A stretch of DNA of 62,731 bases from Candidatus Kaiserbacteria bacterium (GCA_028820405.1 JAPPJI010000001.1:1-62731), one strand, 5' to 3'; counted from the stretch's first letter, positions 45,301 to 54,559 are shown. Notes: generated by a model not told the origin, from the letters alone. Numbers and translations: made by a program.

Positions 45301-46133
45301 GAACGTAGCTTTTCTTGCTTCGCCTGTATCTGACGCAGCATACCCCCCTTCTCTTCCTCCATCTCCCTTTTTCTGTCAGCTTCTATCCCAGCATGCTTCT
45401 CCTGTAGTTCTGTAAGCGGATCTTGTTCGATATCCGGCTCATCCTCGGTGTGGACAGGTGCGGGTCCTTCCACGTCACTCTCAGGAACCTGATCTTCCGA
45501 TTCTGCTACCGGTTCAGGTTCTGCTTCCTCTTGAGGAGATTCATCTTCTTCATTGACACCCTCTGCAACCTTCTCTTCTCGAGGCGTTCTTTCTTTCCCC
45601 TCCTCACCTTCTTTCATTGCAGACGTCTCGTGATGAGATGAAGGTTGTTCTTCCTGCCCCGCAGCGTCACCGCTTCCCCCCTTCACCTCACCAGCAGTCT
45701 CTGCAACAACGTCACCGAGATCACTGGTTTCATCATCCGGATCAGCACCCTGTTCACGCACATACTGCTTCAACCTTGCGATCTCAAACAGACTGAACGG
45801 TGGAACAGATCGTCGCGGATCGTCTGCCTGAGATACTTTGAAAAGACTGACAAAAGTATTGTGTAGCATTTCGAGACTGTGTCGATACACGTTCATCTTC
45901 TCTTCCGCTTCTTCCTCACTGAGATCGCTGTCATACAAACCCCTTGCGAACATCTCAATAGATTTACGCAGTTGTTCAAAACCGCCACCCGCTCCACCTT
46001 TCTGTGCATACTGAAAGACCGTGTTCACCGTGCCGTCTTGCAACATCCCTCGCAACACCTCATCTTTTCCGACCGATTCCCGAGCAACCGACCGTTCTTT
46101 TTGTTCACGCTGTACCACCGTATCCTCTGCCAT
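42360..46133 (-). CDS. 1257-aa Glu-rich coiled-coil membrane protein (hypothetical)
   Basis: About 675 aa of N-terminal acidic heptad-like sequence. Gly-rich hydrophobic segments VRNVITALLGFGTGAVGSPAFIAWTAGLGAVGGGI (about aa 676-715) and AFLFGAVIGGAAGFVL (about aa 837-852). About 400 aa of C-terminal region. No family recognised. Confidence 0.7.
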   Translation of the reverse strand: MAEDTVVQREQKERSVARESVGKDEVLRGMLQDGTVNTVFQYAQKGGAGGGFEQLRKSIEMFARGLYDSDLSEEEAEEKMNVYRHSLEMLHNTFVSLFKVSQADDPRRSVPPFSLFEIARLKQYVREQGADPDDETSDLGDVVAETAGEVKGGSGDAAGQEEQPSSHHETSAMKEGEEGKERTPREEKVAEGVNEEDESPQEEAEPEPVAESEDQVPESDVEGPAPVHTEDEPDIEQDPLTELQEKHAGIEADRKREMEEEKGGMLRQIQAKQEKLRSQSTAEVARKEQLKQVEKSLSRAEQELSYLARAHGDLQAQHESALTAVATAREDFEKKQEVLNQEKKRQQDLEQAEQKLANIQREAQRDIEKARQELARVQREAEQVNVSPNQRRVFTVLHPLIVANNEKTTALLGCDAKWGQVLADQEEEARVAREVLQNTEKEGQDSDKESADRLARAEKALAESREMSQKEIADIEKEIADIQEKAGQEGVDLNSQMTVEQTAQTLLEPEAIAVKEKTAVLHEREADWEQRQVATKDLIDRIKEEGAESGGEEEAVEKSRHILEDAERKALHVSDMMQEYETNRSKTEEEIEQLKDKKERIDHVEEEIVDMLDKDLSDAQSELEQASFTEKLKQAYQSFSEMNLYDKNVLGVRHRIDARKGKTAGILKFMARQASVRNVITALLGFGTGAVGSPAFIAWTAGLGAVGGGITAESFVATREEKAEEQKLENFLETFENQKSVRGGTFAEVMTLRNDYLAFVRQQGGDVERFLQKPAYVRLESIYQHLLQQEINLKVEAAKNDLNNADRVQKFLDLVESVDHRREVAFRKKGVSKRQKAFLFGAVIGGAAGFVLRDQAQDLYSALSGVETPDTTSAPENKVEISDSGKPEAEGHEAELSADLHTVQKGDRLFTILEYEPEQQSSFVQKWSQLSAKEKIARLKEFGMRADVRNLGDAPNYIEIGDTINKQAVQEFLSGTEGVSPAESEATPSQPDTAAAEQNQSEVMPNQKMDEEMSDQSMAGIDETVSSPAPDQEPAADLSEPEEGFSADSEEFAAILQEVAGNDLGDVTVSFQKGGTSLENVSLADFKPWFSSESGWSDRLASLPASADVVRGSDGSIETLVIDLGEGKAANGISFSRPDESMVERFITSVSEEKKDLFDLKGDGEVPVSLVAAVESVLKIAMLDHAGNATLMNEAVPELAKSIVEERQDPQGIISILQKAEGATVSGGGKYFNLVRQSSTAGEIILGSADISRFAAL

Positions 46134-46242
46134 ACACTATGCACAGATAGTGTACATCGGTGTGTACTGGGAAACTACATCTATACACATTGAATGAGAT
46201 TGCTGCGGTGCACAACTCCTCGTGCACAAGGGTGTTGTGCTG

Positions 46243-46248
46243 TACACT
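46243..46248 (+). promoter_or_regulatory. -10-like TACACT 6 nt upstream of ATG 46255
   Basis: Read directly on the plus strand. There is no SD. Confidence 0.3.
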
Positions 46249-46254
46249 GATACC

Positions 46255-46689
46255 ATGCCAACCGCCGAAGGAAGTACGTTTAGCGAAGAACTGGAATCTA
46301 TTAAAAACGAGGTCAAGCAGTCACTTGATCAGGAACGAACCCGGAAACAAAAAAGAGACCAACCTGCAGGTCGCGAACACACAAGTGCAGAGCGGGAGAT
46401 GCTGGCAGTTCGCGACGCGATAGCAAAACTGACGGGTCACGAACCAAAAACGGTCGTTCCGCCACCCGTTAATCAGGAGGGCGGCACAGATACCGATCAC
46501 TTCACTGACATTGACGAATCGGTAAAGAAAGAAGTGACGGACCTCGTGGAAGAAACACTCAGCGGCGGCAGTATTGCTGCCGTTGCAGCGAAAGCAATGA
46601 AAAAGAATGACCCGCTTATCCTCGACCTATACCACGATGCTATGGCGAGAGAGACGCACCGGCGGTTTTCTGATCAAAACGCACCATGA
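46255..46689 (+). CDS. acidic hypothetical protein (144 aa)
   Basis: Start at ATG 46255 (MPTAEGSTFSEE); track start 46222 is a GTG. Its stop overlaps the next gene start (ATGA), implying coupling with the ATPase. Confidence 0.55.
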   Translation: MPTAEGSTFSEELESIKNEVKQSLDQERTRKQKRDQPAGREHTSAEREMLAVRDAIAKLTGHEPKTVVPPPVNQEGGTDTDHFTDIDESVKKEVTDLVEETLSGGSIAAVAAKAMKKNDPLILDLYHDAMARETHRRFSDQNAP

Positions 46690-49094
46690 TCCTCGACCCG
46701 CTTCTCGATAAATTGACAGACCTCTGGAACACCCTCCTTGCATCTGAGCGGGTCACGCAGGCATATGCACTCTTTGGTGCCGCAATCGGTATCTGGGTTA
46801 TGTCTATGGCCGCCCTCTGGTTCACGAAACGGCGATCCCGAAAAAAGGCCCTCAAAGAAGCTGTTGCATATACCCTACTGCAGGTAACACAGACACCGCA
46901 TGCGGGTAACGACGAACAACAAAATGACCTTGTGCAAATACGGCTGTTTGAAGACCTCCTGCACTCTATCGTCCCTGAAAAAAAATCCATCACACTTGAG
47001 ATGGCGGTGCCGAGCAAAGGAACTGACATCATGTTTTTTATTGCCGTACCAAAAGAGTACGAGGATACCGTGAAAACGCAGGTGCGGCGGGTCTTTGAAC
47101 GAGCACAGGTGCAAGAGGTCTCTGACTACACCATATTCCGAGAAGGCGGTCACAGCGAGCTGCTTGACCTTACTCTCAGCCAATATGACGGATTGCCGAT
47201 CTATACGTATAAAAAGAGTGAGACCGACACCTTCGCCCCTATTATCGGAACCTTTGCAAGTGCACGGGAAGACGGCGTCGGCATTGCCATGCAGCTCACC
47301 CTCCGGCGATCAGACAAACAGAAAGCACGGGAGATACGGGGCGTTCTGAAAGACCTCAGGCGAGGAAAACGCCTGAAAGAGATCAAGCCGACCGGTGTCG
47401 GCGGAAAACTGCAGCAAGCGGCTGCGGTTGCCAACACCGGAGATGAAAAAGAACCGGAAGCGTCCCCCGAGGCAGCACTTGTCGAAGAGAAGGTATCAGA
47501 ACAACTCTATAACGTTACCGTACGACTCGGCATCTGCACTGACAGTGAGGAAAAAACGAGACTCCTCTCTGAAACCCTGCAGGGGCGGTTTGAATCGTTT
47601 GGCTCCGCAGAGCATAATGCTTTCTCATTTACAAAACGAAAGGACAAGACAACTGCCCTCAACTTTACCTTCCGCCTCCATGACGTAAAAAGAAGTTCGA
47701 CGCTCAACGCACAGGAAATCACCAGCATCTTCCACCTGCCGACGAGACCGCTTGAGGTGGGGAACCTCCAATGGATGAAGACGAAACGGGTTGCAGCACC
47801 GACAGAGACAGCAACCGAAGGACTCTTCCTCGGAGATAACCTTTTCCACGATCAAAAAAAGGAAATATACATGCCGGAACAAGACCGTCTGCGACACATC
47901 TACATCATCGGTCAAACCGGAACGGGAAAGACAGCGAGTATCAAATCAATGGCATACCAGGATATTCAGAGCGGGAAAGGACTCTGTATCATTGATCCGC
48001 ACGGTGACCTCGTCGACGATATGCTCACCACTATCCCGGAGAGCCGACTCGATGACGTCATTGTCTTTGATCCGAGTAACGTGAAGAGTCCTCTCGGACT
48101 TAATATGCTTGAGTATGACAAAAGCCGTCCGGAAGAGAAGACGTTTATCGTCAACGAAATCCTTTCCATCTTCAACCGTCTGTTTGGACAGAACAACCCT
48201 GAGTCAACCGGTCCGGCATTTCAGCAGTACATGCGAAACACACTTTTGCTCCTGATGGACGGCAAGCAGGATGAGCCTGCAACTCTCATGGAGGTTCCCC
48301 GTGTCTTCACCGATGATTCGTTTCGCGAGTCACTTTTAAAACAGTGCACGCTTGAGCCGGTACGGCAGTTCTGGGAAGATGAGGCGAGTAAAGTGGAGGG
48401 TGATTGGAGCCTCAGCAATATTGCTCCGTACATCACATCAAAGTTTGGCAACTTCACGACCAATGACTATGTCCGTCCGATTATTGAACAACCGCACTCA
48501 TCATTCTCATTCCGAGAGGTCATGGATTCCGGGAAGATGTTGTTTGTAAAGTTGCCGAAGGGAAAAATCGGAGAGATCAATGCACAACTTCTCGGCATGC
48601 TCGTAACAGGAAAAATTGCCCTTGCCGCATTCTCTCGAGACGATGTCCCCGAACATGAGCGAAAAGACTTCTTCTTCTACATCGACGAATTTCAAAACTT
48701 TACCACTGACAGTATCAGTCAGATTCTCTCCGAGGCAAGAAAATACCACCTCAGCCTCACTATTGCACACCAGTACATGGAACAGCTCACTGATGATATT
48801 CGCGGTGCCGTTCTTGGTAATGTGGGGACAACAATTGCATTTCGAACGGGTATTCAGGACGCGGAAATATTAGAAAAGAAATTTTCACCGGAGTTTTCAG
48901 CACAGGAGTTAAGTGATATCGAAAACCTCAACTGTGTCATCAGCATGCTCTCCAATCAAAAAGTGCTTTCACCATTTACTATGCACATTCGTTTTGCTCC
49001 GCAAGGAAACCCAAACCTGCGAGACCATGTTATCAGCTATACATCACTTAAACACCAAAAAGAGGTGCAAAAAAAAATGGGAGCACATAATTAG
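46686..49094 (+). CDS. membrane-anchored VirD4/TraG/TrwB-like (type IV coupling protein-like) P-loop ATPase
   Basis: N-terminal TM helix (AYALFGAAIGIWVMSMAALWF). Walker A IIGQTGTGKTAS followed by CIIDPHGDL. Walker B FFFYIDEFQNF. ARKYHLSLTIAHQYMEQL resembles the TraG/TraD C-terminal motif. Confidence 0.6.
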   Translation: MILDPLLDKLTDLWNTLLASERVTQAYALFGAAIGIWVMSMAALWFTKRRSRKKALKEAVAYTLLQVTQTPHAGNDEQQNDLVQIRLFEDLLHSIVPEKKSITLEMAVPSKGTDIMFFIAVPKEYEDTVKTQVRRVFERAQVQEVSDYTIFREGGHSELLDLTLSQYDGLPIYTYKKSETDTFAPIIGTFASAREDGVGIAMQLTLRRSDKQKAREIRGVLKDLRRGKRLKEIKPTGVGGKLQQAAAVANTGDEKEPEASPEAALVEEKVSEQLYNVTVRLGICTDSEEKTRLLSETLQGRFESFGSAEHNAFSFTKRKDKTTALNFTFRLHDVKRSSTLNAQEITSIFHLPTRPLEVGNLQWMKTKRVAAPTETATEGLFLGDNLFHDQKKEIYMPEQDRLRHIYIIGQTGTGKTASIKSMAYQDIQSGKGLCIIDPHGDLVDDMLTTIPESRLDDVIVFDPSNVKSPLGLNMLEYDKSRPEEKTFIVNEILSIFNRLFGQNNPESTGPAFQQYMRNTLLLLMDGKQDEPATLMEVPRVFTDDSFRESLLKQCTLEPVRQFWEDEASKVEGDWSLSNIAPYITSKFGNFTTNDYVRPIIEQPHSSFSFREVMDSGKMLFVKLPKGKIGEINAQLLGMLVTGKIALAAFSRDDVPEHERKDFFFYIDEFQNFTTDSISQILSEARKYHLSLTIAHQYMEQLTDDIRGAVLGNVGTTIAFRTGIQDAEILEKKFSPEFSAQELSDIENLNCVISMLSNQKVLSPFTMHIRFAPQGNPNLRDHVISYTSLKHQKEVQKKMGAHN

Positions 49095-49107
49095 TGCTCC
49101 CATAGTA

Positions 49108-50106
49108 CTACATTCTCTCCAACCGATATACGGGGCGAAATCCTTTGCTGATAGCAAATGCTCGGAATTCTTGCAGCTTTTTCTGCACTCTTCCGTCAAT
49201 CAGCTTGGCACGATGGATAACGCTATTTGCGTAACCCTGTCCGCGCTTCCAAGATCCGCCAGGACCGGCATAGTACGCACCCAATGAAAACAGAATTCGG
49301 TTTCCACGACCTTTCCTGTCGTACAGTTTCTTTAGATAGTACGCTCCTGTGAGCATACTTCCCTGAAAACTCCACGGGTCAACAGGTTTTGACAGACCGT
49401 AAAACTTCCGAACCTTGTCTCGTCTTGGGTTGTAAGAAATCTTCACGAGACCGCCTTTGACAGCAATGTAGGCACGAGTGCACCCACCGATACTGCCAAT
49501 CTCTTTCTGACATACTGTGCGGGAAAAACCCGCCCTTTTCTGCATGTCAGCGAGAGCAGATCTCGTCTTCTTCCCCATGCGACCATCCTCAGCCAGGCGG
49601 TATCCCCGCCTGTTGAGAAACCACTGAACGATACGTACGTCGTTCGCGGTTGTCACTAATTTGCCACGCCTGATGCGGGCAGAAAATTGCGTCTTTGACC
49701 GGACAACGGTGTATCCATTCAATTCCGCAAAAGTGGAAGGTATTACTTGCGTGACTCCGATTGCTCCGCCCCAGCCATAACCGGGGCGACGTGACGCACA
49801 AGCCAATTTCGGATCATAGCCGAACTGTTCGGCAAAAATCCAGAATAGGGGTGCGTCTCTCGACGGATGGGCATCAGCAATGCCAGCACCCGACGATCCG
49901 ATATTTTTGCCCATACCACTTTCTTGCTGGGCAAGTGCGATCAAAAGCGGGAGCGAAAGCCCCGTTTTCTGAGAAGCCAACATCAACGCGTCCATCGCGT
50001 AGGTGTGACCTCTACCATCCGCACTCTCCCAATCATCAAAGCAGTGACCCTTTGCAGAGACCATCTGAGCCATACCGGTTATCAGTAGTGCCAGCAACAA
50101 TGCCAT
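49108..50106 (-). CDS. secreted lytic transglycosylase (SLT domain) with embedded peptidoglycan-binding repeat
   Basis: Signal peptide. Catalytic-Glu motif LLIALAQQESGMG, then GAIGVTQVIPSTF and GAYYAG. PG_binding_1-like VRIVQWFLNRRGYRLAEDGRMGKKTRSALADMQ. Strong SD GAGGAGG before the ATG. Confidence 0.7.
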   Translation of the reverse strand: MALLLALLITGMAQMVSAKGHCFDDWESADGRGHTYAMDALMLASQKTGLSLPLLIALAQQESGMGKNIGSSGAGIADAHPSRDAPLFWIFAEQFGYDPKLACASRRPGYGWGGAIGVTQVIPSTFAELNGYTVVRSKTQFSARIRRGKLVTTANDVRIVQWFLNRRGYRLAEDGRMGKKTRSALADMQKRAGFSRTVCQKEIGSIGGCTRAYIAVKGGLVKISYNPRRDKVRKFYGLSKPVDPWSFQGSMLTGAYYLKKLYDRKGRGNRILFSLGAYYAGPGGSWKRGQGYANSVIHRAKLIDGRVQKKLQEFRAFAISKGFRPVYRLERM

Positions 50107-50158
50107 GCTGTCCTCCTCGTTGTTGGATTATTGTAGATAAATGTTCTCGTATACCAAT

Positions 50159-50187
50159 ATAATACAATAAATGATATAAATCGTCAA
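50159..50187 (-). promoter_or_regulatory. promoter TTGACG-17-TATTAT for the transglycosylase (leader of about 45 nt with SD)
   Basis: The reverse complement of 50182..50187 is TTGACG and of 50159..50164 is TATTAT. Confidence 0.5.
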
Positions 50188-50261
50188 TATTCTCTCTTTT
50201 CTTGCCTTTCTGGAGACAAAAAGGCTGTAAAATAAGGGTATTTTTGAAAAAATGCCGATAT

Positions 50262-52439
50262 TTAGGCACTTTTCCCACCTCCCCCTGAACGACTCGCAAT
50301 GACCTCATCAGCGATGTTTTTCGGCACCTCTGCGTAGTGAGAGAACTCCATGGTTGAGGTTCCCCGACCGTTGGTCAGCGATCGAAGGCTCGTGGTGTAG
50401 CCAAAAATCGTTGCGAGGGGTATTTTCACTTTTAACACCTTCAAATTTCCCTGATCCTCAGCCCCTTCCATCTGTCCTCGGCGAGACGAGAGGTCACCGC
50501 TGACGTCCCCCATGGTCTCTTCCGGCACCGTCACCTCCATATCCATAATCGGCTCAAGAAGGATGGGATCTGCCTGTTTGATTCCTTCGCGGAATGCTTG
50601 TGCTGCCGCCACCTTGAAGGCAATCTCAGATGAGTCAACTTCGTGATATGACCCGTCATATAAATCAACTGCGACATTGACCATCGGATAGCCGGCATAG
50701 ACTCCTCGATCCATTGACTCACGAACCCCCTTCTCAACCGCCGGGATATACTCCTGCGGAATAACTCCCCCTTTGATACTGTTGGTAAACATGAAGGTCG
50801 CATCATGTTTTACGTTCTTCGGCAGTGCTGCAACCTCTTCTTCTGTCATCTCAGGGAGTGGTGCAATCTTCATCTTCACGTGACCGTACTGACCGCGACC
50901 TCCCGTCTGTCGAACGTACTTCTCTTCGATATCCGCCTCTTTTCGAATTGTCTCGCGGTATGCAACCTGAGGCTGTCCGACTCCCGCTTCAACGTTGAAC
51001 TCCCGCTTCATACGATCAACAATCACCTCAAGATGCAATTCACCCATACCGGCAATGATTGTTTCTCCGGTTTCAGCGTCAGTGTGCACGCGAAATGTCG
51101 GATCCTCCGCAGAGAGGCGGGTGAGTGCGATACCCATCTTTTCTTGATCAGACTTTGTCTTCGGTTCAATCCTCAACTGGATCACCGGTTCCGGGAACAC
51201 AATCTTTTCTAACTCAACCGGCTCCTTCTCATCACAGAGTGTGTCAGATGTTTTTGCATCTTTCAGACCGACAGCTGCGGCAATCTCACCGGCATACACC
51301 ACACCAACCTCTTCCCGCTCATTTGCATGAAGACGAACAATACGACCGATACGTTCTTTGTCGCCGGTTCGGGTGTTGTGCACATAGGAGCCGGCTTTGA
51401 GCATGCCGGAGTAGACACGGAAAAAGGCAAGTTGACCGACAAACGGATCAATTTGCAGTTTGAAAACAAGGGAAGAGAATGGCTCTTCATCAGACGCGGG
51501 TCGTTCAATAGTGACATCGGGGTCTTTCGGGTGTGTTCCCTGCACCGGCGGAATATCTATCGGTGCCGGAAGATAGTCCACAACGGCATCAAGCACGAGC
51601 TGCACCCCGTTGTTTTTCAGTGCGGATCCCGCAAATACCGGAAAGACCGTATTCGCAATGGTACCCGTTCGAACTGCCTGCTTCAGATCCGCAACGGGAA
51701 TCTCTTCACCGGCAAGGAATTTCTCAGCAATACCGTCATCAACATCTGCAGCCTTCTCAATTAATTCAGCACGATACTCAGTTGCTTTTTCAACAAGGTC
51801 GGCAGGAATGTCATCTTCACGGATAACTGATCCCATTTCACCCTCAAAGTAGTGTGCACGCATGGTGAGCAGGTCAACGACGCCGGAAAGATTATCTTCA
51901 ATACCGATCGGAATCTGCATGCGAACGGCGTTCGGAGAGAGGCGGTCACGAATCGTTTGAAACGCCTTGTCGTAGTCGGCACCAATTCGATCAAGCTTAT
52001 TGATGAAGCAAATACGGGGAACATGGTACTTATCAGCCTGCCGCCATACCGTCTCTGATTGCGGCTGTACACCGGCGACACCGTCAAAGACAACAACACC
52101 GCCGTCGAGCACTTTCAGGGACCGCTCAACCTCTGCAGTGAAGTCAACGTGACCGGGTGTGTCGATAATGTTGAAGCGGTAGCTGTGCTCTTTGTCACCT
52201 TTCTTTTCTGTCGGTATCCAAAAACACGTTGTCGCAGCTGAGGTGATGGTGATACCCCGTTCGCGCTCCTGCTCCATCCAGTCCATGACCGCCTCACCCT
52301 CGTGCACCTCACCAATTTTATGCGAGACACCGGTATAAAAAAGGATACGCTCGGTTACTGTTGTCTTTCCGGCATCAATGTGTGCAATGACACCAAAATT
52401 GCGAACACGATCCAGCGGATAATCTCGAACTTCCGTCAT
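50262..52439 (-). CDS. fusA: elongation factor G
   Basis: Motifs [23 protein letters not shown] and NKLDR, with the full five-domain length. Confidence 0.93.
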   Translation of the reverse strand: MTEVRDYPLDRVRNFGVIAHIDAGKTTVTERILFYTGVSHKIGEVHEGEAVMDWMEQERERGITITSAATTCFWIPTEKKGDKEHSYRFNIIDTPGHVDFTAEVERSLKVLDGGVVVFDGVAGVQPQSETVWRQADKYHVPRICFINKLDRIGADYDKAFQTIRDRLSPNAVRMQIPIGIEDNLSGVVDLLTMRAHYFEGEMGSVIREDDIPADLVEKATEYRAELIEKAADVDDGIAEKFLAGEEIPVADLKQAVRTGTIANTVFPVFAGSALKNNGVQLVLDAVVDYLPAPIDIPPVQGTHPKDPDVTIERPASDEEPFSSLVFKLQIDPFVGQLAFFRVYSGMLKAGSYVHNTRTGDKERIGRIVRLHANEREEVGVVYAGEIAAAVGLKDAKTSDTLCDEKEPVELEKIVFPEPVIQLRIEPKTKSDQEKMGIALTRLSAEDPTFRVHTDAETGETIIAGMGELHLEVIVDRMKREFNVEAGVGQPQVAYRETIRKEADIEEKYVRQTGGRGQYGHVKMKIAPLPEMTEEEVAALPKNVKHDATFMFTNSIKGGVIPQEYIPAVEKGVRESMDRGVYAGYPMVNVAVDLYDGSYHEVDSSEIAFKVAAAQAFREGIKQADPILLEPIMDMEVTVPEETMGDVSGDLSSRRGQMEGAEDQGNLKVLKVKIPLATIFGYTTSLRSLTNGRGTSTMEFSHYAEVPKNIADEVIASRSGGGGKSA

Positions 52440-52451
52440 ACACCTTTCACT

Positions 52452-52919
52452 CTACCACGCCAGATGAGCAAACGCTCGGTTTGCTTCCGCCATTTTCTGT
52501 GTGTTCTCACGACGAGCAACTGCTGCTCCCTCATTCTTACTCGCATCAATGATCTCAAGAGCAAGCCGCTTGTGCATCGGCATCCCTTTTCGCTCCTTTG
52601 CCGCCTGTAGGATCCATCGAAGTGCCAACATAAACCGACGGTTTGCAGGGACATCCTGCGGAATTTGATAGTTTGCACCGCCAACACGACGAGACCGAAG
52701 CTCAGTGAGCGGCCCGACATTTTGCAGTGCTTCTTCGAAAATAAGCTGCGGGTCTTTTTTCAACCCTTTCTCCATTTCATCAAACGCCTGATACACAATA
52801 GTTCGTGCAACGTTCTTCTTGCCCCGTTCCATGACGTAGTGGATGAGACCGGCAACCTTAACCGACCCATACTTGGGGTCAGGCATAATGGTCCTCTTTT
52901 TCTTCAGTGGTCGTCTCAT
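52452..52919 (-). CDS. rpsG: 30S ribosomal protein S7
   Basis: Sequence MRRPLKKKR..PDPKY... with the str-operon position. Confidence 0.9.
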   Translation of the reverse strand: MRRPLKKKRTIMPDPKYGSVKVAGLIHYVMERGKKNVARTIVYQAFDEMEKGLKKDPQLIFEEALQNVGPLTELRSRRVGGANYQIPQDVPANRRFMLALRWILQAAKERKGMPMHKRLALEIIDASKNEGAAVARRENTQKMAEANRAFAHLAW

Positions 52920-52930
52920 AATTTGTCTGT

Positions 52931-53338
52931 CTATTTCGGTCGCTTTGTTCCGTAACGGCTTCGTGCCCGCCGCCGACTTTCAACCCCTTCGGTGTTCAAG
53001 GTACCGCGAACGATAGTGTAGTTCACACCGATATCCTTCACACGACCACCACGAACCAATACAACAGAGTGCTCTTGCAGGGTGTGACCTTCACCAGGAA
53101 TGTATGCGGTTACCTCCATACCGTTTGTCAGGCGAACACGAGCAATCTTACGCATCGCGGAGTTCGGCTTTCGAGGGTTCCTCGTTCCGACTTTCACACA
53201 CACCCCACGCTTGAACGGAGAAAGGTAATAGGTGGTTCGATTTGTCCCTGCATTAAACCCTTGGCGAAGTGCCACCGTCTTCACCTTGTTCCCTCGTTTC
53301 ACCCGCTTTCGTCGGACGAGTTGATTAATTGTCGGCAT
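52931..53338 (-). CDS. rpsL: 30S ribosomal protein S12
   Basis: Sequence [10 protein letters not shown]... and PKKPNSA.RK motif ([16 protein letters not shown]). ATG at 53338. Confidence 0.9.
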   Translation of the reverse strand: MPTINQLVRRKRVKRGNKVKTVALRQGFNAGTNRTTYYLSPFKRGVCVKVGTRNPRKPNSAMRKIARVRLTNGMEVTAYIPGEGHTLQEHSVVLVRGGRVKDIGVNYTIVRGTLNTEGVESRRRARSRYGTKRPK

Positions 53339-53382
53339 ATATACCACAAGGTATCATATGATGCCAACATTCTGCAACCTCC

Positions 53383-54000
53383 CTAGACACCGAGAAATCG
53401 TTGTGTGATGAACCACACCAACGTAGCAAGCGGTTGTGCGAGGAAGAAGACGATACCGAGAAGGACGAGAATAAGGAATATCGGGTTGCTTCCCACTTCA
53501 GCCACCTTTTCCTCAAAACGAAGTCGTGTCTGCATCGGCAAAAACGCACTGACAATTTTTGACCCATCAAGCGGCGGCACGGGGATGAGATTCAAAAAGG
53601 CAAGAAAGAGATTGATACCAACCGCCATTGAAAAGAGCGGGACGGCACTGGCGTCAGCAAAAAGTCGAAACAGCAGAGCAAAGAGGAGTGCCAGGGCAAT
53701 ATTTGTTGCAGGACCGGCTGCCGCAACAAGTGCTTCTCCGAACCGACCCCGCAAGTTATACGGATTGTACGGCACCGGCTTTGCCCAGCCAAAAAGAATG
53801 CCGGCGTTCGTAATGATGAGAAACGCCGGGATGATGATAGTGCCTATGAGGTCAATATGCGGGATGGGATTAAGTGTCAACCGCCCCTGATCCCGTGCGG
53901 TCGGATCACCAAGAAGTGAGGCTGCATAGCCGTGTGCAACTTCGTGCAAAATAACGGCAATGCCGATGATGAGAATGAAGGCACCTGTCATTGCACCCAT
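53383..54000 (-). CDS. site-2 protease (peptidase M50) family membrane protein (alternative GTG start 54012)
   Basis: Zinc motif HEVAHGY, NPIPHIDL, LNLIPVPPLDGSK, multiple TM helices. Confidence 0.75.
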   Translation of the reverse strand: MGAMTGAFILIIGIAVILHEVAHGYAASLLGDPTARDQGRLTLNPIPHIDLIGTIIIPAFLIITNAGILFGWAKPVPYNPYNLRGRFGEALVAAAGPATNIALALLFALLFRLFADASAVPLFSMAVGINLFLAFLNLIPVPPLDGSKIVSAFLPMQTRLRFEEKVAEVGSNPIFLILVLLGIVFFLAQPLATLVWFITQRFLGV

Positions 54001-54049
54001 ACTAGCACGCACCTGGTATCAGGGCACCTTGCCGTCAGGTATACCATCG

Positions 54050-54058
54050 TGATACAGT
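54050..54058 (+). promoter_or_regulatory. extended -10 TGaTACAGT 8 nt upstream of rpmB ATG (leaderless)
   Basis: Read directly on the plus strand. There is no SD. Confidence 0.45.
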
Positions 54059-54066
54059 ACAGACAT

Positions 54067-54309
54067 ATGGCAAAACAGTGTCCAATAACGGGAAAGAGAC
54101 CGGTTGTCGGGGGCGGATACAGCAACCGAACGCGAGCAACGAAGTTCAATCCGACCGGCCGAACCTGGAAACGAACGAACCTGCAAAAGCAGACCTTTAT
54201 CGTCAACGGGAAAAAGGTCAAGGTGAGTATTACCGCAAAAGGACTTAGGTCCGTCAAAAAGCACGGGGCAGAAAAGGTGCTGAAAATGATCGGTGCCCTC
54301 CGTCCGTAG
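54067..54309 (+). CDS. rpmB: 50S ribosomal protein L28
   Basis: Sequence MAKQCPITGKRPVVGGGYSNRTRATKFNPTGRTWKRTNLQKQ. Trimmed from track ORF 53932..54309. Confidence 0.85.
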   Translation: MAKQCPITGKRPVVGGGYSNRTRATKFNPTGRTWKRTNLQKQTFIVNGKKVKVSITAKGLRSVKKHGAEKVLKMIGALRP

Positions 54310-54318
54310 TGGTATACT
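54310..54318 (+). promoter_or_regulatory. extended -10 TGgTATACT 9 nt upstream of secG ATG (leaderless)
   Basis: Read directly on the plus strand. Confidence 0.45.
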
Positions 54319-54327
54319 GAAAAAACT

Positions 54328-54549
54328 ATGTTTATCCTCCAGGTACTCCAAGTTGTCAGTGCGATCCTTCTGATTGTCGCCATTCTTGCCCAGCAGAGTG
54401 AGTCTAATGTCGGCAGTGCCTTCGGTGGTGGCGAAGTGTCTGAAAGCGGAGCACACAAGCGCCGAGGATCGGAGAAGGCACTCTTCATCAGCACCATCAT
54501 CCTCGCCGCCTTTTTTGTTGCCAGCCTCGTTACACCATTCTTTTTCTAA
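54328..54549 (+). CDS. secG: preprotein translocase subunit SecG
   Basis: 73 aa, two TM helices, LLIVAILAQQSESNVGSAFGGG motif. Confidence 0.8.
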   Translation: MFILQVLQVVSAILLIVAILAQQSESNVGSAFGGGEVSESGAHKRRGSEKALFISTIILAAFFVASLVTPFFF

Positions 54550-54559
54550 ACGGTACCGA

